A stretch of 46,488 bases of DNA from contig JBKGXY010000001.1 of NCBI GenBank assembly GCA_046546415.1, positions 1 to 46,488 on the forward strand, written 5' to 3'. The stretch comes from Ectothiorhodospira sp. (GTDB lineage Bacteria; Pseudomonadota; Gammaproteobacteria; Ectothiorhodospirales; Ectothiorhodospiraceae). A model generated the notes under the pieces. The model was not told the DNA's origin and did no database searches. It saw only the letters and a program-made list of their open reading frames with translations. This document shows, one piece after another, positions 10,395 to 19,463 of this stretch. Positions within the stretch are counted from its first letter, which is position 1; each line of letters begins with the position of its first letter. The position numbers were made by a program, and so were the translations under genes.

Positions 10395-11459
10395 ATGTCC
10401 GAAAAGCCAGGCCCCGCAAACCCGGGAGATGAGTCGGTGTTTCTGCCCAACTTCTGCGAGGGCCGCACCTTCTTTCTCGTGGTGCTCATCGCCCAGCTCC
10501 TTTCCTTCCTGGTGGCCCTCTCCTCCAACCCGCCGGACCATGGCTTCTGGGCCAACCTGGCCCTGATCTCCCTGTTCGTGCAATGGAACGCACTGGGGAC
10601 GGTCCTGGCCCTGTGCCTGGCCCGCCGCCCCCTGTACCGGCTGGGCCCCTTCGCGGCGGCGGCGGGCACCTGGCTGATCGTGCAGGCCATCATCCTGGTG
10701 TTCACGCTCCTCGCCCTGCTGCTGAGCCGGTTCTGGGGCTGGGAGACCCTGGGGAGCGGACTGAGCGAAGGCGAGTTTCTGGCGCGCACCCTGGCCATCG
10801 GTGCCATTGTCAGCGCCGTGGCCCTGCGCTATCTCTACGTGCAGAAACAATGGCAGCACAACGTGGAGGCGGAGGCCCGATCCCGGGTACAGGCCCTGCA
10901 GGCACGCATCCGTCCCCACTTCCTCTTCAACAGCATGAACACCATCGCCAACCTCACCCGCAGCCGGCCGGAGGTGGCCGAATCCACGGTGATGGACCTG
11001 GCGGACCTGTTCCGCGCCACCCTCTCCAGCCGGGAGACGGGCACCCTCTCGGAAGAGATCGCCCTGGCCCGGCAGTATTTGCGCATCGAGGCCCTGCGCC
11101 TGGGGGACCGGCTCCAGGTCCATTGGGATGTGGACGAGCGGCTGCCTCCGGACCATCCTGTGCCCAGCCTCATCCTCCAGCCCCTGGTGGAGAACTCCGT
11201 CTACCACGGCATCGAGCCCAGCACCGAGGGGGGCACGGTGACCGTGGCCCTGCACCAGGCGGGGGAGATGCTGCGCATCACCGTGGAGAACCCCATGCCA
11301 TCCGAGACCCACCGGTGCCGTCGCCCGGGCAACCGCTTCGCCCAGGAGAGCATCCGCCAGCGCCTGGCCCTGGCCTATCGCGGCCGTGCCCGCATGGAGA
11401 CCACCCCGTCCCCGGACCGCTACCGCGTGGACATCCTGGTTCCGAGGAGACTCCCATGA
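10395..11459 (+). CDS. algZ: LytS-type sensor kinase AlgZ/FimS
   Basis: N-terminal FLPNFC plus TMs; ALQARIRPHFLFNSMNTIA; LQPLVENSVYHG; conserved argH-algZ-algR-hemC gene order. Confidence 0.88.
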   Translation: MSEKPGPANPGDESVFLPNFCEGRTFFLVVLIAQLLSFLVALSSNPPDHGFWANLALISLFVQWNALGTVLALCLARRPLYRLGPFAAAAGTWLIVQAIILVFTLLALLLSRFWGWETLGSGLSEGEFLARTLAIGAIVSAVALRYLYVQKQWQHNVEAEARSRVQALQARIRPHFLFNSMNTIANLTRSRPEVAESTVMDLADLFRATLSSRETGTLSEEIALARQYLRIEALRLGDRLQVHWDVDERLPPDHPVPSLILQPLVENSVYHGIEPSTEGGTVTVALHQAGEMLRITVENPMPSETHRCRRPGNRFAQESIRQRLALAYRGRARMETTPSPDRYRVDILVPRRLP

Positions 11460-12190
11460 AGGTCCTGATCGTCGACGATGAACAACCCGCCCGGGAACGC
11501 CTGGCCTCACTGCTGCGCGCCCTGCCGGATCACGAGATGGTGGGGGAGGCGGCCAACGGGATGGAAGCGGTCCGCCTGGCCGGGGAAACCCATGCGGAGA
11601 TCGTGCTCATGGACATCCGCATGCCCGGCATGGATGGCCTGGAAGCGTCCCATCACCTGGCCCAGATGGAGACCCCGCCGGCCATCGTCTTCGTCACCGC
11701 CTACGAGACCCACGCCATCGAGGCCTTCGAGGCCCATGCGGTGGACTACCTGCTCAAGCCGGTACGGGAAGAGCGCCTCCGTTCCGCCCTGGAGAAGGCC
11801 CGTCGCCCCAACCGGGCACAACTGGAGGAACTGAATCACTCCGCCCGGGAGACCTCTGCGCGCAGTCACATCTGTGCCCGGGTGCGGGGCAACCTGGAAC
11901 TGATCCCGGTGGAGGCGGTGCACTACTTCCAGGCCGACCAGAAATACGTCACGGTGCGTCACGAGGACGGGGAAGTGCTCATCGAGGAACCCCTCAAGAC
12001 CCTGGAGGACGAATTCGGCGACCGTTTCCTGCGCATCCACCGCAACGCCCTGGTGGCCTGCGACCGCTTCGGCGGGATGGAGAAGAACGACCATGGAGGC
12101 TACGAGGTGGTGCTCAAGACGACCGGCGAACGCCTGGAGGTGAGCCGCCGCCACGTGGCCCAGGTCCGCCGATTCCTCAAGGCCCTTTGA
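11456..12190 (+). CDS. algR: LytTR-family response regulator AlgR
   Basis: MKVLIVDDEQPARERL receiver and LytTR domain (YFQADQKYV, FLRIHRNALV, LEVSRRH); ATGA overlap with algZ. Confidence 0.92.
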   Translation: MKVLIVDDEQPARERLASLLRALPDHEMVGEAANGMEAVRLAGETHAEIVLMDIRMPGMDGLEASHHLAQMETPPAIVFVTAYETHAIEAFEAHAVDYLLKPVREERLRSALEKARRPNRAQLEELNHSARETSARSHICARVRGNLELIPVEAVHYFQADQKYVTVRHEDGEVLIEEPLKTLEDEFGDRFLRIHRNALVACDRFGGMEKNDHGGYEVVLKTTGERLEVSRRHVAQVRRFLKAL

Positions 12191-12353
12191 AGGCGTCGTG
12201 CCTTTGAGGCACCCATGACCCCGGCCTGGGTCAACAAAAGTTGACACGACCCCGTCTGCCCCGTGTGTTGAAAGGCAGACATAATGTATGGTTGCGTTGT
12301 ACGATACCGCGGATTCCCAACATGGTCCTTTTTACACGAGCCCTTACCCGCCC

Positions 12354-13301
12354 ATGCCCAAGACCGAATTGAAGATCGCCACCCGCAAGAGCCCACTCGC
12401 CGTCTGGCAGACGGAGGAGGTGGCCCGTCGGGTCCAGGCACTGTTCCCCGACGTCAAGATCACCCAGGTGAGGATGACCACCCAGGGGGACGTGATGCTG
12501 GATACCCCCCTGGCCAAGGTGGGCGGCAAGGGTCTGTTCGTGAAGGAACTGGAAACCGCCCTGATGGACGGCACCGCCGACATCGCGGTGCACTCCATGA
12601 AGGATGTACCCATGCAGCTGCCGGAGGGCCTGGAACTGCCGGTGGTCCTGGACCGCGAAGACCCCCACGATGCCTTCGTCTCCAATCACTACACCCGTCT
12701 GGAGGACCTTCCGGAGAATGCCCGCGTGGGCACCTCCAGCCTGCGCCGCCAGAGCCAGCTCCGGGCCCGCTTCCCCGGATTCCAGGTCCTGGACCTGCGC
12801 GGTAACGTGAACACCCGCCTGTCCAAGCTGGACAACGGTGACTACGACGCCATCCTGCTGGCCTCGGCCGGGCTCAAGCGCCTGGGCTTCGGTGAGCGCA
12901 TCACCCGTGTACTGGAGGCGGATCAGAGCCTGCCCGCCATTGGCCAGGGGGCCATCGGCATCGAGTGCCGCGCCAACGACCCCGAAGTCATGGAGCTCAT
13001 CGGCCCCCTGAATGACCCGGACACCCTCGTGCGGGTCACCGCCGAGCGCGCCTTCAACACCCGGCTCAACGGCGGCTGCCAGGTGCCGATCGGCGGCTAC
13101 GCCGTGATCCGGGAGGACGGCAGCCTCTACCTGCGCGGCCTGGTGGGCGAACCGGATGGCTCCATGGTCTACCGCGCCAGCCTGGAGGGCCCGCAGGAGC
13201 AGGCCGCCGAAATGGGCGTGGCCCTGGCCGAGCAGCTGCTGCGGGAAGGCGCGGACCGCATCCTCCGCGACCTGGGACTGAACCCGGTACAACCCGACTG
13301 A
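12354..13301 (+). CDS. hemC: Hydroxymethylbilane synthase
   Basis: [51 protein letters not shown]. Confidence 0.98.
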   Translation: MPKTELKIATRKSPLAVWQTEEVARRVQALFPDVKITQVRMTTQGDVMLDTPLAKVGGKGLFVKELETALMDGTADIAVHSMKDVPMQLPEGLELPVVLDREDPHDAFVSNHYTRLEDLPENARVGTSSLRRQSQLRARFPGFQVLDLRGNVNTRLSKLDNGDYDAILLASAGLKRLGFGERITRVLEADQSLPAIGQGAIGIECRANDPEVMELIGPLNDPDTLVRVTAERAFNTRLNGGCQVPIGGYAVIREDGSLYLRGLVGEPDGSMVYRASLEGPQEQAAEMGVALAEQLLREGADRILRDLGLNPVQPD

Positions 13302-13309
13302 ACGCCGTC

Positions 13310-14146
13310 ATGAACACTGCGGGATCCAGGGAGACAACCCAAGCCAACGGGATACCAGCCCCCCTGGAGGGCCTGACGGTGCTGGTCACCCGCCCGGCCC
13401 ACCAGGCAGAGGGCTTCTGCCGTCTGGTGGAGGCGGCCGGGGGGCGGACGCTGCGCTTCCCCGCCCTGGAGATCCAGCCCCCCGCGGATCCGGCCGCCCT
13501 GGATGCCATCATCGACGGCCTGGACGACTTCCAGATCGCCATCTTCATCAGTCCCAACGCGGTCCATCGGGCCACCCAACGCATCCAGGCCCGGCGGGGT
13601 GCTCTCCCCCCGGACCTGAAACTGGCCACCGTGGGCCGCAAGACGGCCCAGGCCCTGGAAAGACGGGGCTACCGGGCGGACATCTGTCCTCCGGAACGCT
13701 TCGACAGCGAGTCCCTGCTGGCGCAGCCTCAGCTGCAGGACGTGGCGGGACAGACCGTCGTCATCTTCCGGGGCGAAGGGGGACGGGAACTGCTAGGTGC
13801 TACACTCACTGCTCGTGGGGCGAAGGTGACCTATGCCGAGGCCTACCACCGCGGACGGCCCGACGCCGACCCCGGTCCCGTGCTGCGGCAATGTTCGCAG
13901 GGAGGGGACCACGTGATCACCATCACGAGCAGCGAGGCCCTGCGCAACCTGTTCGATATGCTGGGCGAGGCGGGGCGGTCCTGGCTGCGCTGCACACCCC
14001 TGGTGGTGGGCTGCGACCGCATGGTGGACACGGCCCGGGAGATGGGCTTCAAACAGACCCCAGTCGTGGCCGACGACCCCAGCGACGAGGCCATGCTGGA
14101 GGCCGTGCAGAAATGGGCTGAAAAGAGGAAGCAAACTCATGAGTAG
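13310..14146 (+). CDS. hemD: Uroporphyrinogen-III synthase
   Basis: VLVTRPAHQA, IFISPNAV, FDSESLL, RGEGGRELL, TSSEAL; follows hemC. Confidence 0.95.
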   Translation: MNTAGSRETTQANGIPAPLEGLTVLVTRPAHQAEGFCRLVEAAGGRTLRFPALEIQPPADPAALDAIIDGLDDFQIAIFISPNAVHRATQRIQARRGALPPDLKLATVGRKTAQALERRGYRADICPPERFDSESLLAQPQLQDVAGQTVVIFRGEGGRELLGATLTARGAKVTYAEAYHRGRPDADPGPVLRQCSQGGDHVITITSSEALRNLFDMLGEAGRSWLRCTPLVVGCDRMVDTAREMGFKQTPVVADDPSDEAMLEAVQKWAEKRKQTHE

Positions 14147-15746
14147 ACAGAAATCCAATCAGAAGGCTAGAGGCGGCAACAAGTCAAAGGCGACCCGGGT
14201 GACCGGCACGGGCCCGGTGGACCAGAACCAGGCGCCTGTCGGGGGCGGGCGCCCGGCCGAAGGCGCACCGGGTTCCACCCCGGTTCGGGACACGGCCGCC
14301 TATAACGCCGATCCCAAGGACCGCGACAACCTCTCCGGACAGATCGGCACCAAGCCCGCCGAAGGGCAGGCATCCGAGGCCGCCCCCTCCGGTTCAGGTG
14401 GATCCTCCTCATCCGAAAAGGCCGCGGCCGGGGGCAGCAAGAACAGCACGCCCGCGGCCGGGGCTGGTCAATCCCAAACCCCAAAGCCCGAGGCATCTAA
14501 TCCCGTGGATAACAAAGCTGACACTGCGAAGACCGAGCCGGCCAAGAGTGGGGCCGGCAGCAATGAACCGGGCAAGGGGGCAACGCCCCCGAAGGCCTCC
14601 GGCAGTGCCACGGCCGGGGCCGCCAAGCCCGGAACCGCGCCGAAGACCGCCCCCGGCCAGGGCGGTGGCGGCGGCTCCGCCGGCCGCACCCCTCCACCGG
14701 GAGGCGGTTCTGGCAATGGCAACGGCCGGGGCAACAAGCTGCCCCTGGTGGTGGGCGGCGTCGCCGTGATCCTCGCCCTGGGCGTGGCCATGAACGCCTC
14801 CTCCACCGCCAAGGACGCCCTGCAGATGGCCAACGAGGCAGACGAACGCCTCAGCAGTGCCCTGAAGGACCTCTCCGAGATGGAGGAACGCACCGCCGGC
14901 CTGCCGGATGAGGTGAACCAGCTGGAAAGCGACCTTCGTAGCGAGCTGGAACGCTCTCTCGAAGAGGCCCGGGCCGAGCTGGATGACATGAGCGAGGGCC
15001 AGCAGCGCCGCCTGGAGACACTTGAGGAAGGCCTCGCTGCCCTGCAGGACCAGACCGACCGCCCTGAGCGGGAGTGGAAGGTCTCCGAGGTGAGCTACCT
15101 GCTGCGCATCGCCCAGCACCGCATGGACTTCATGAATGACGCCGACGGATCCATGGCGGCCCTGGCCGCTGCCGACGAGATGCTCAAGGAAATGGGCGAT
15201 CCGGACTACGGCGACGTGCGGGACGCCATCGCCGAGGAGCGCAAGGCCCTCAAGGAATATGACGGCAGCCAGGTGGACGATATCGTCGATGCACTGGAGG
15301 AGATCTCCACCGAACTCAAACCCCTGCCCATGAAGGAGCCCGACAACGACCAGGGCAGCCAGATGGTGGCCCTGGGTGAACCCGGCGAGGGTGATCCCTG
15401 GTGGGAGCGCGCCTACTACCAGGTGCTCAACGAGCTGAACGACCACATCACCGTGCGCCAGCACCAGCAGGTGGTGCGTTCCATGCCCGACGCCGACACC
15501 GAGCTGTTCATGCGCCAGGTCCTGGCCCTGCGCATCGAGTCGGCCCGACTGGCCGCCCTGCGCTACGACCAGGAGGACTACCGCAAGAACCTGGAGGGTG
15601 CCCGCGAACTCCTGGTGGAATACTTTGCCTCCGAACCGGTGGGACCGCTTATGAAGCGCCTCGAAGACCTGCAGAAGCGTGAACTGCGGTCCGAACAGCC
15701 GGAGATTGGCAAGTCCTACGAACTGCTCGATCAGGTGGAGGGATAA
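14139..15746 (+). CDS. hemX: HemX-family membrane protein with long low-complexity N-terminal extension
   Basis: Single TM (LPLVVGGVAVILALGVAM), coiled coil, EWKVSEVSYLLRIAQHR, LALRIESARLAALRYDQEDY; lies between hemD and hemY. Confidence 0.82.
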   Translation: MSRQKSNQKARGGNKSKATRVTGTGPVDQNQAPVGGGRPAEGAPGSTPVRDTAAYNADPKDRDNLSGQIGTKPAEGQASEAAPSGSGGSSSSEKAAAGGSKNSTPAAGAGQSQTPKPEASNPVDNKADTAKTEPAKSGAGSNEPGKGATPPKASGSATAGAAKPGTAPKTAPGQGGGGGSAGRTPPPGGGSGNGNGRGNKLPLVVGGVAVILALGVAMNASSTAKDALQMANEADERLSSALKDLSEMEERTAGLPDEVNQLESDLRSELERSLEEARAELDDMSEGQQRRLETLEEGLAALQDQTDRPEREWKVSEVSYLLRIAQHRMDFMNDADGSMAALAAADEMLKEMGDPDYGDVRDAIAEERKALKEYDGSQVDDIVDALEEISTELKPLPMKEPDNDQGSQMVALGEPGEGDPWWERAYYQVLNELNDHITVRQHQQVVRSMPDADTELFMRQVLALRIESARLAALRYDQEDYRKNLEGARELLVEYFASEPVGPLMKRLEDLQKRELRSEQPEIGKSYELLDQVEG

Positions 15747-15749
15747 GCC

Positions 15750-17063
15750 ATGAAATCATTGATTGTCATCTTTCTGGTCCTCATCGCGTCTGCGGTGGGC
15801 ACCCTCTTGTTCATGGAGGAACCCGGCTACGTCCTCTTCGCCTATGGCGACATGAGCCTGGAAACCAGCCTGGCCTTCTACATCGCCGCCATGGTGGTGG
15901 TGCTGCTGGTGCTCTACGGGGTCATCCGTTTCCTGGTGGGGCTGTTCGGTCTGCCCGGCACCATGAGCGCCCGGCGGCAGCAGAAGAAGGCCATGGTTTG
16001 CCAGCGTGGCCTTGCCCAGGGCATGGCGGAGATGACCGAAGGCCGCTGGAACAAGGCCGAGAAGCTGCTGGTGCAATCCGCCCGCCGTGGCGATTCCCCC
16101 ATGCTCAATTACCTCTCCGCGGCCCGGGCCGCGCAGATGCAGGGGGCCTATGACCGCCGCGACGACTACCTGCGCCAGGCCGCCCAGGCCGAGACCGGGT
16201 CGGACGTGGCCGTGGGTCTCACCCAGGCGGAGCTGCAGCTGGACCATGGCGAATACGCCCAGGCCACCAGCGCCCTGCGCCACCTGAACGACATCGCCCC
16301 CAACCACCCCCAGCTCCTGCGCCTGCGGGCCCGTCTATACCAGGAAACCAGTGATTGCGGCGCCCTGCTGGCCATCCTGCCGGACCTGCGCAAGGCCCGG
16401 GCCCTGGATAGCGAGGCCCTGGATCGGATGGAAACGGAGGCCTTCGCCTCGCGTGCCATGGAGCTGGCCGAGACGGGAGAACTGGGCAAACTGGAGGGCA
16501 TCTGGGTGAATCTTCCCAAGGCCTCCCGCAACCGGCACGAGCTGGTGGAGCCCTATGCCCACGCCCTCATCAAGCTCAACGAGCCCGACCGTGCCGAAGC
16601 CGTCCTGCGCACGGCCATCAAGCAACGCTGGAACGAGAAGCTGGTCTACCTCTACGGCCTGCTGTCGGTGAACGACGCCAACCGTGCCATCGGCGTGGCG
16701 GAGGGCTGGCTGCGGGATCACCGCCGCGATCCGGTACTGCTGCTCACCCTCGGCCGTCTGAGCAAGCTGGCCAAGGCCTGGGGCAAGGCCCGGGGCTACC
16801 TGGAGTCCAGCGTGGCGGCACGCCCGAGTGCCGAGGCCTACCGTGAGCTGGGTGAACTCCTGGAGCAGCTGGGTGAAGAGAAACTGGCACAGGACGCCTA
16901 TCGCAAGGGGCTGCAGGTGGCCGTGGAAGGGAACGTTCGGGAACCCGCCCTCCCCTCGGCCCCCAAGGCCGACGAGAGTGAGGCCCAGGCCCTGCCGGCC
17001 CAGTCCGGTCGCAAGGTGCGCACCCGGGGTAAGCTGGGGCAACCCAAGCTCTCCAGTGCCTGA
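15750..17063 (+). CDS. hemY: HemY-family TPR membrane protein (proteobacterial HemY_N type)
   Basis: EPGYVLFAYGDMSLETSL, EGRWNKAEKLL, NYLSAARAAQMQGAYDRRDDYL, LLLTLGRL...WGKARGYLE. Confidence 0.92.
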   Translation: MKSLIVIFLVLIASAVGTLLFMEEPGYVLFAYGDMSLETSLAFYIAAMVVVLLVLYGVIRFLVGLFGLPGTMSARRQQKKAMVCQRGLAQGMAEMTEGRWNKAEKLLVQSARRGDSPMLNYLSAARAAQMQGAYDRRDDYLRQAAQAETGSDVAVGLTQAELQLDHGEYAQATSALRHLNDIAPNHPQLLRLRARLYQETSDCGALLAILPDLRKARALDSEALDRMETEAFASRAMELAETGELGKLEGIWVNLPKASRNRHELVEPYAHALIKLNEPDRAEAVLRTAIKQRWNEKLVYLYGLLSVNDANRAIGVAEGWLRDHRRDPVLLLTLGRLSKLAKAWGKARGYLESSVAARPSAEAYRELGELLEQLGEEKLAQDAYRKGLQVAVEGNVREPALPSAPKADESEAQALPAQSGRKVRTRGKLGQPKLSSA

Positions 17064-17121
17064 GCCGAGGGATCGTGGCCCGGACCGCCCAGCGCGGATA
17101 CCGGGACCACGCTGATCCACG

Positions 17122-17153
17122 AAGGCCCCCGGAGCGATCCGGGGGCCTTTTTT
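17122..17153 (+). terminator. Rho-independent terminator after hemCDXY
   Basis: AAGGCCCCCGGA-gcga-TCCGGGGGCCTT followed by TTTT. Confidence 0.9.
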
Positions 17154-17222
17154 ATCGTGGTGCAGTGATCCCCGCTGAGCCTGTTACATTAGACGGGGAT
17201 TCTGCTCTTCAGGAGAGGCATC

Positions 17223-18113
17223 ATGACACCAGTGGTCATCATGGGCTGCGGTTACGTGGGGGAACGCCTGGCGCATACCCTGCAAACCCGGGGGCATCGC
17301 GTCCTCGGGGTGGTCCGCTCCCCCGAACGGGCCGAAGCCCTTCGCGCCCGGGGGATCGAGACCCTGCGTGCCGACATGGACACGGGAGAGGGTCTGGAAG
17401 CGGTGCCCCTCATGGGCGCCCTGGTGCTGCACAGCGTGCCGCCACCGGCGCAGGGCACACAGGACCCGCGCACGGAACACCTGACCGAGGCCTGCCGCCG
17501 CAACCCGCCGGAACGCATCGTCTACCTGAGCACCACCGGGGTTTACGGAGACCAGGGGGGGGCGACGGTGGACGACCTTACCCCCCCGGCACCCGCCACG
17601 GACCGGGCCCGACGCCGCCTGGATGCCGAACAGCGGCTGCGCCAGCTCATGGAAGAAACGGGGGTGTCGGTGGTGATCCTGAGGGTTCCCGGAATCTACG
17701 GTCCCGGACGGCTGCCGCTGGCGGCGATCCGCGCGGGACAGCCAGTGATCCGGCCCGAGGAATCCGGCCCCGGTAACCGCATCCACGTGGACGACCTGGT
17801 GACCCTGTGTGCGGCCGCTCTGGACCATGGCCCCCCGGGAGAGACCTACAACGTGGGGGACGGAGATCACCGCTCCATGACCGCCTTCTTCCAGGCGGTC
17901 GCCGCCGCTGCGTCCCTTCCAGGGCCACCGTGCATGGGCATGGCCGAGGCCGAGGGGCATCTCAGCCCCATGATGCTCTCCTTCTTGCGGGAGTCCCGCA
18001 CCGTACAGGCAACACGGGGACTGGCGGATCTGGGGGTGCAGCTGCGCTATCCACGCATGGAGTCGGGGATTCGTGCCGCCCTGGACGAGGAAGCCAAAGG
18101 GGAAGGGTCGTGA
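17223..18113 (+). CDS. NAD(P)-dependent SDR/epimerase-family oxidoreductase (YeeZ-like)
   Basis: IMGCGYVG Rossmann motif, YLSTTGVYGD, LRVPGIYGPGR, NRIHVDDL. Confidence 0.9.
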   Translation: MTPVVIMGCGYVGERLAHTLQTRGHRVLGVVRSPERAEALRARGIETLRADMDTGEGLEAVPLMGALVLHSVPPPAQGTQDPRTEHLTEACRRNPPERIVYLSTTGVYGDQGGATVDDLTPPAPATDRARRRLDAEQRLRQLMEETGVSVVILRVPGIYGPGRLPLAAIRAGQPVIRPEESGPGNRIHVDDLVTLCAAALDHGPPGETYNVGDGDHRSMTAFFQAVAAAASLPGPPCMGMAEAEGHLSPMMLSFLRESRTVQATRGLADLGVQLRYPRMESGIRAALDEEAKGEGS

Positions 18114-18202
18114 AGGGGGAACGCGGGTAAAACGTCGTTTGCCGTACCCCTCGGGGCGTGGCAGGATTGCGGACCATCACTGAACAAGCGAGGGTGCCCT
18201 CC

Positions 18203-18763
18203 GTGATCCGAAAGAACCCCACCGGCCATCTCCCCATCGTGGCCGAATCCGCCTTCGTCGATCCCACAGCCATCCTCTGCGGGAAGGTCTTCGTGGGGGA
18301 GAACGTCTTCATTGGGCCCTATGCGGTCATCCGGGCGGACGAACTGGACGCCCGGGGGGCTCTGGAGCCCATCGTCATCGGGGACAACTCCAACATCCAG
18401 GACGGTGTGGTGATCCATTCCAAATCCGGCGCCCAGGTGGAGATCGGCGAGCACACCTCCATCGCCCACCGCTCCATCATCCATGGACCCTGCCGGGTGG
18501 GGCACCGGGTCTTCATCGGGTTCAACACGGTGCTGTTCAACTGCACCGTCGGGGCCGGTTCGGTGATCCGGCACAACTCCGTGGTGGAGGACTGCCATGT
18601 ACCTGAGGGGTTCTACATCCCCTCCACGAGCAATATCCACTCCGAGACGGACCTGTCCCTCATCGAGCCGGTGACGGCCGATGCTTCCCTCTTCTCCGAG
18701 GACGTGGCCCTTACCAATCGGCAACTGGTGGAAGGGTACAAGAAGATCCAGAACGAACTTTGA
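18203..18763 (+). CDS. Gamma-class carbonic anhydrase-like hexapeptide-repeat protein
   Basis: GTG start giving MIRKNPTGHLP; VIRADE, SNIQDGVVIH, SIAHRSIIHGPC supply three His ligands; left-handed beta-helix repeats. Confidence 0.88.
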   Translation: MIRKNPTGHLPIVAESAFVDPTAILCGKVFVGENVFIGPYAVIRADELDARGALEPIVIGDNSNIQDGVVIHSKSGAQVEIGEHTSIAHRSIIHGPCRVGHRVFIGFNTVLFNCTVGAGSVIRHNSVVEDCHVPEGFYIPSTSNIHSETDLSLIEPVTADASLFSEDVALTNRQLVEGYKKIQNEL

Positions 18764-18810
18764 GGACCGTCTCCCCCTCTGAACCCGTAGGGGGAGGGGG
18801 AGACGCCTCA
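18761..18810. terminator. GC-rich hairpin between convergent genes; probable terminator or RNA stability element
   Basis: CGTCTCCCCCTC...GAGGGGGAGACG stem, extendable by TGAGG/CCTCA; no long U tract. Confidence 0.5.
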
Positions 18811-18865
18811 CATCCTTGAGGAGGCGGTCGGAGGGAATCGACCTCCCCGAGTGCCTCCGTGGCCC

Positions 18866-19255
18866 TTACATCCGGTCGGCGGCCATCTCCTGGACCCGCT
18901 GCAGCATTTCGGGATCGTTCTGCAGGTTCATGGCCACCTCGTTGTACTCCTCCACACTCATGCCCTGGTCCTGAACGGCGCTGATCATCTCCTCCTGGGC
19001 CTCTTCCTGGAGCTCCTGGGCCTTGGACTCGTCCTCCACCCCTTCCAGGCGACTGGCGAACTCGTCCCGGATCTCCTGAACGGCTACGAAGGCGTCCACA
19101 AAGGTGTCCAGGGTATCGGAATCCACGCTGGCGTCCTGTTGCTGATCGCTTCCGGATGGCCCATTCCCCTCCTGGGCCAGGGCGGAGGAGGTGTAACCGG
19201 CCAGGATGAGGCACAGGGCGGCAACGGGTAGCGTCTGAAGGATTCGACGGGTCAT
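18866..19255 (-). CDS. Secreted acidic helical protein, DUF4168-like
   Basis: Signal peptide ending ALA-Q; DTLDTFVDAFVAVQEIRDEF...MISAVQDQGMSVEEYNEV...QNDPEM pattern; AGGAG RBS. Confidence 0.8.
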   Translation of the reverse strand: MTRRILQTLPVAALCLILAGYTSSALAQEGNGPSGSDQQQDASVDSDTLDTFVDAFVAVQEIRDEFASRLEGVEDESKAQELQEEAQEEMISAVQDQGMSVEEYNEVAMNLQNDPEMLQRVQEMAADRM

Positions 19256-19293
19256 GGGATGCTCCTAAAGGGATGGATGGTCATCCCACTGGT

Positions 19294-19310
19294 TGCAGAC
19301 TCCGTGCCAA
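19294..19310 (-). promoter_or_regulatory. Sigma54 (-24/-12) promoter of the DUF4168 gene
   Basis: Minus strand TTGGCACGGAGTCTGCA, i.e. GG-N10-GC matching TGGCAC-N5-TTGC with one mismatch, about 40 bp upstream of the ATG and next to a sigma54 activator gene. Confidence 0.85.
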
Positions 19311-19394
19311 ACCCACATTCAGCCTGTTCCTGACCTTCGGGGCGCCAGCCACCCCGTTTTCGCTGAGCACCCCCGGGGGGCAGGGCTGGATCAC

Positions 19395-19443
19395 TGTGCC
19401 ACAAAGACACATGCGCAGAATTAACCCGTGCGCAAACGGCACA
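19395..19443. promoter_or_regulatory. Paired putative enhancer (UAS) sites for the adjacent sigma54 activator
   Basis: TGTGCC-N5-GACACA (19395-19411) and CGTGCG-N5-GGCACA (19427-19443), centres 32 bp apart, 85-135 bp upstream of the -24 element. Confidence 0.6.
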
Positions 19444-19463
19444 CTTCGACCCCATCCACCGGG

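Noticed and set aside
11280-11400. Degenerate ATP-lid glycine boxes in the AlgZ/FimS kinase
   Set aside because: Atypical ATP-binding boxes are a known property of AlgZ/FimS proteins, so this is neither novel nor evidence of a pseudogene.
14504-14512. DnaA-box-like CGTGGATAA inside hemX
   Set aside because: Single mismatched box in coding sequence with no cluster; expected by chance.
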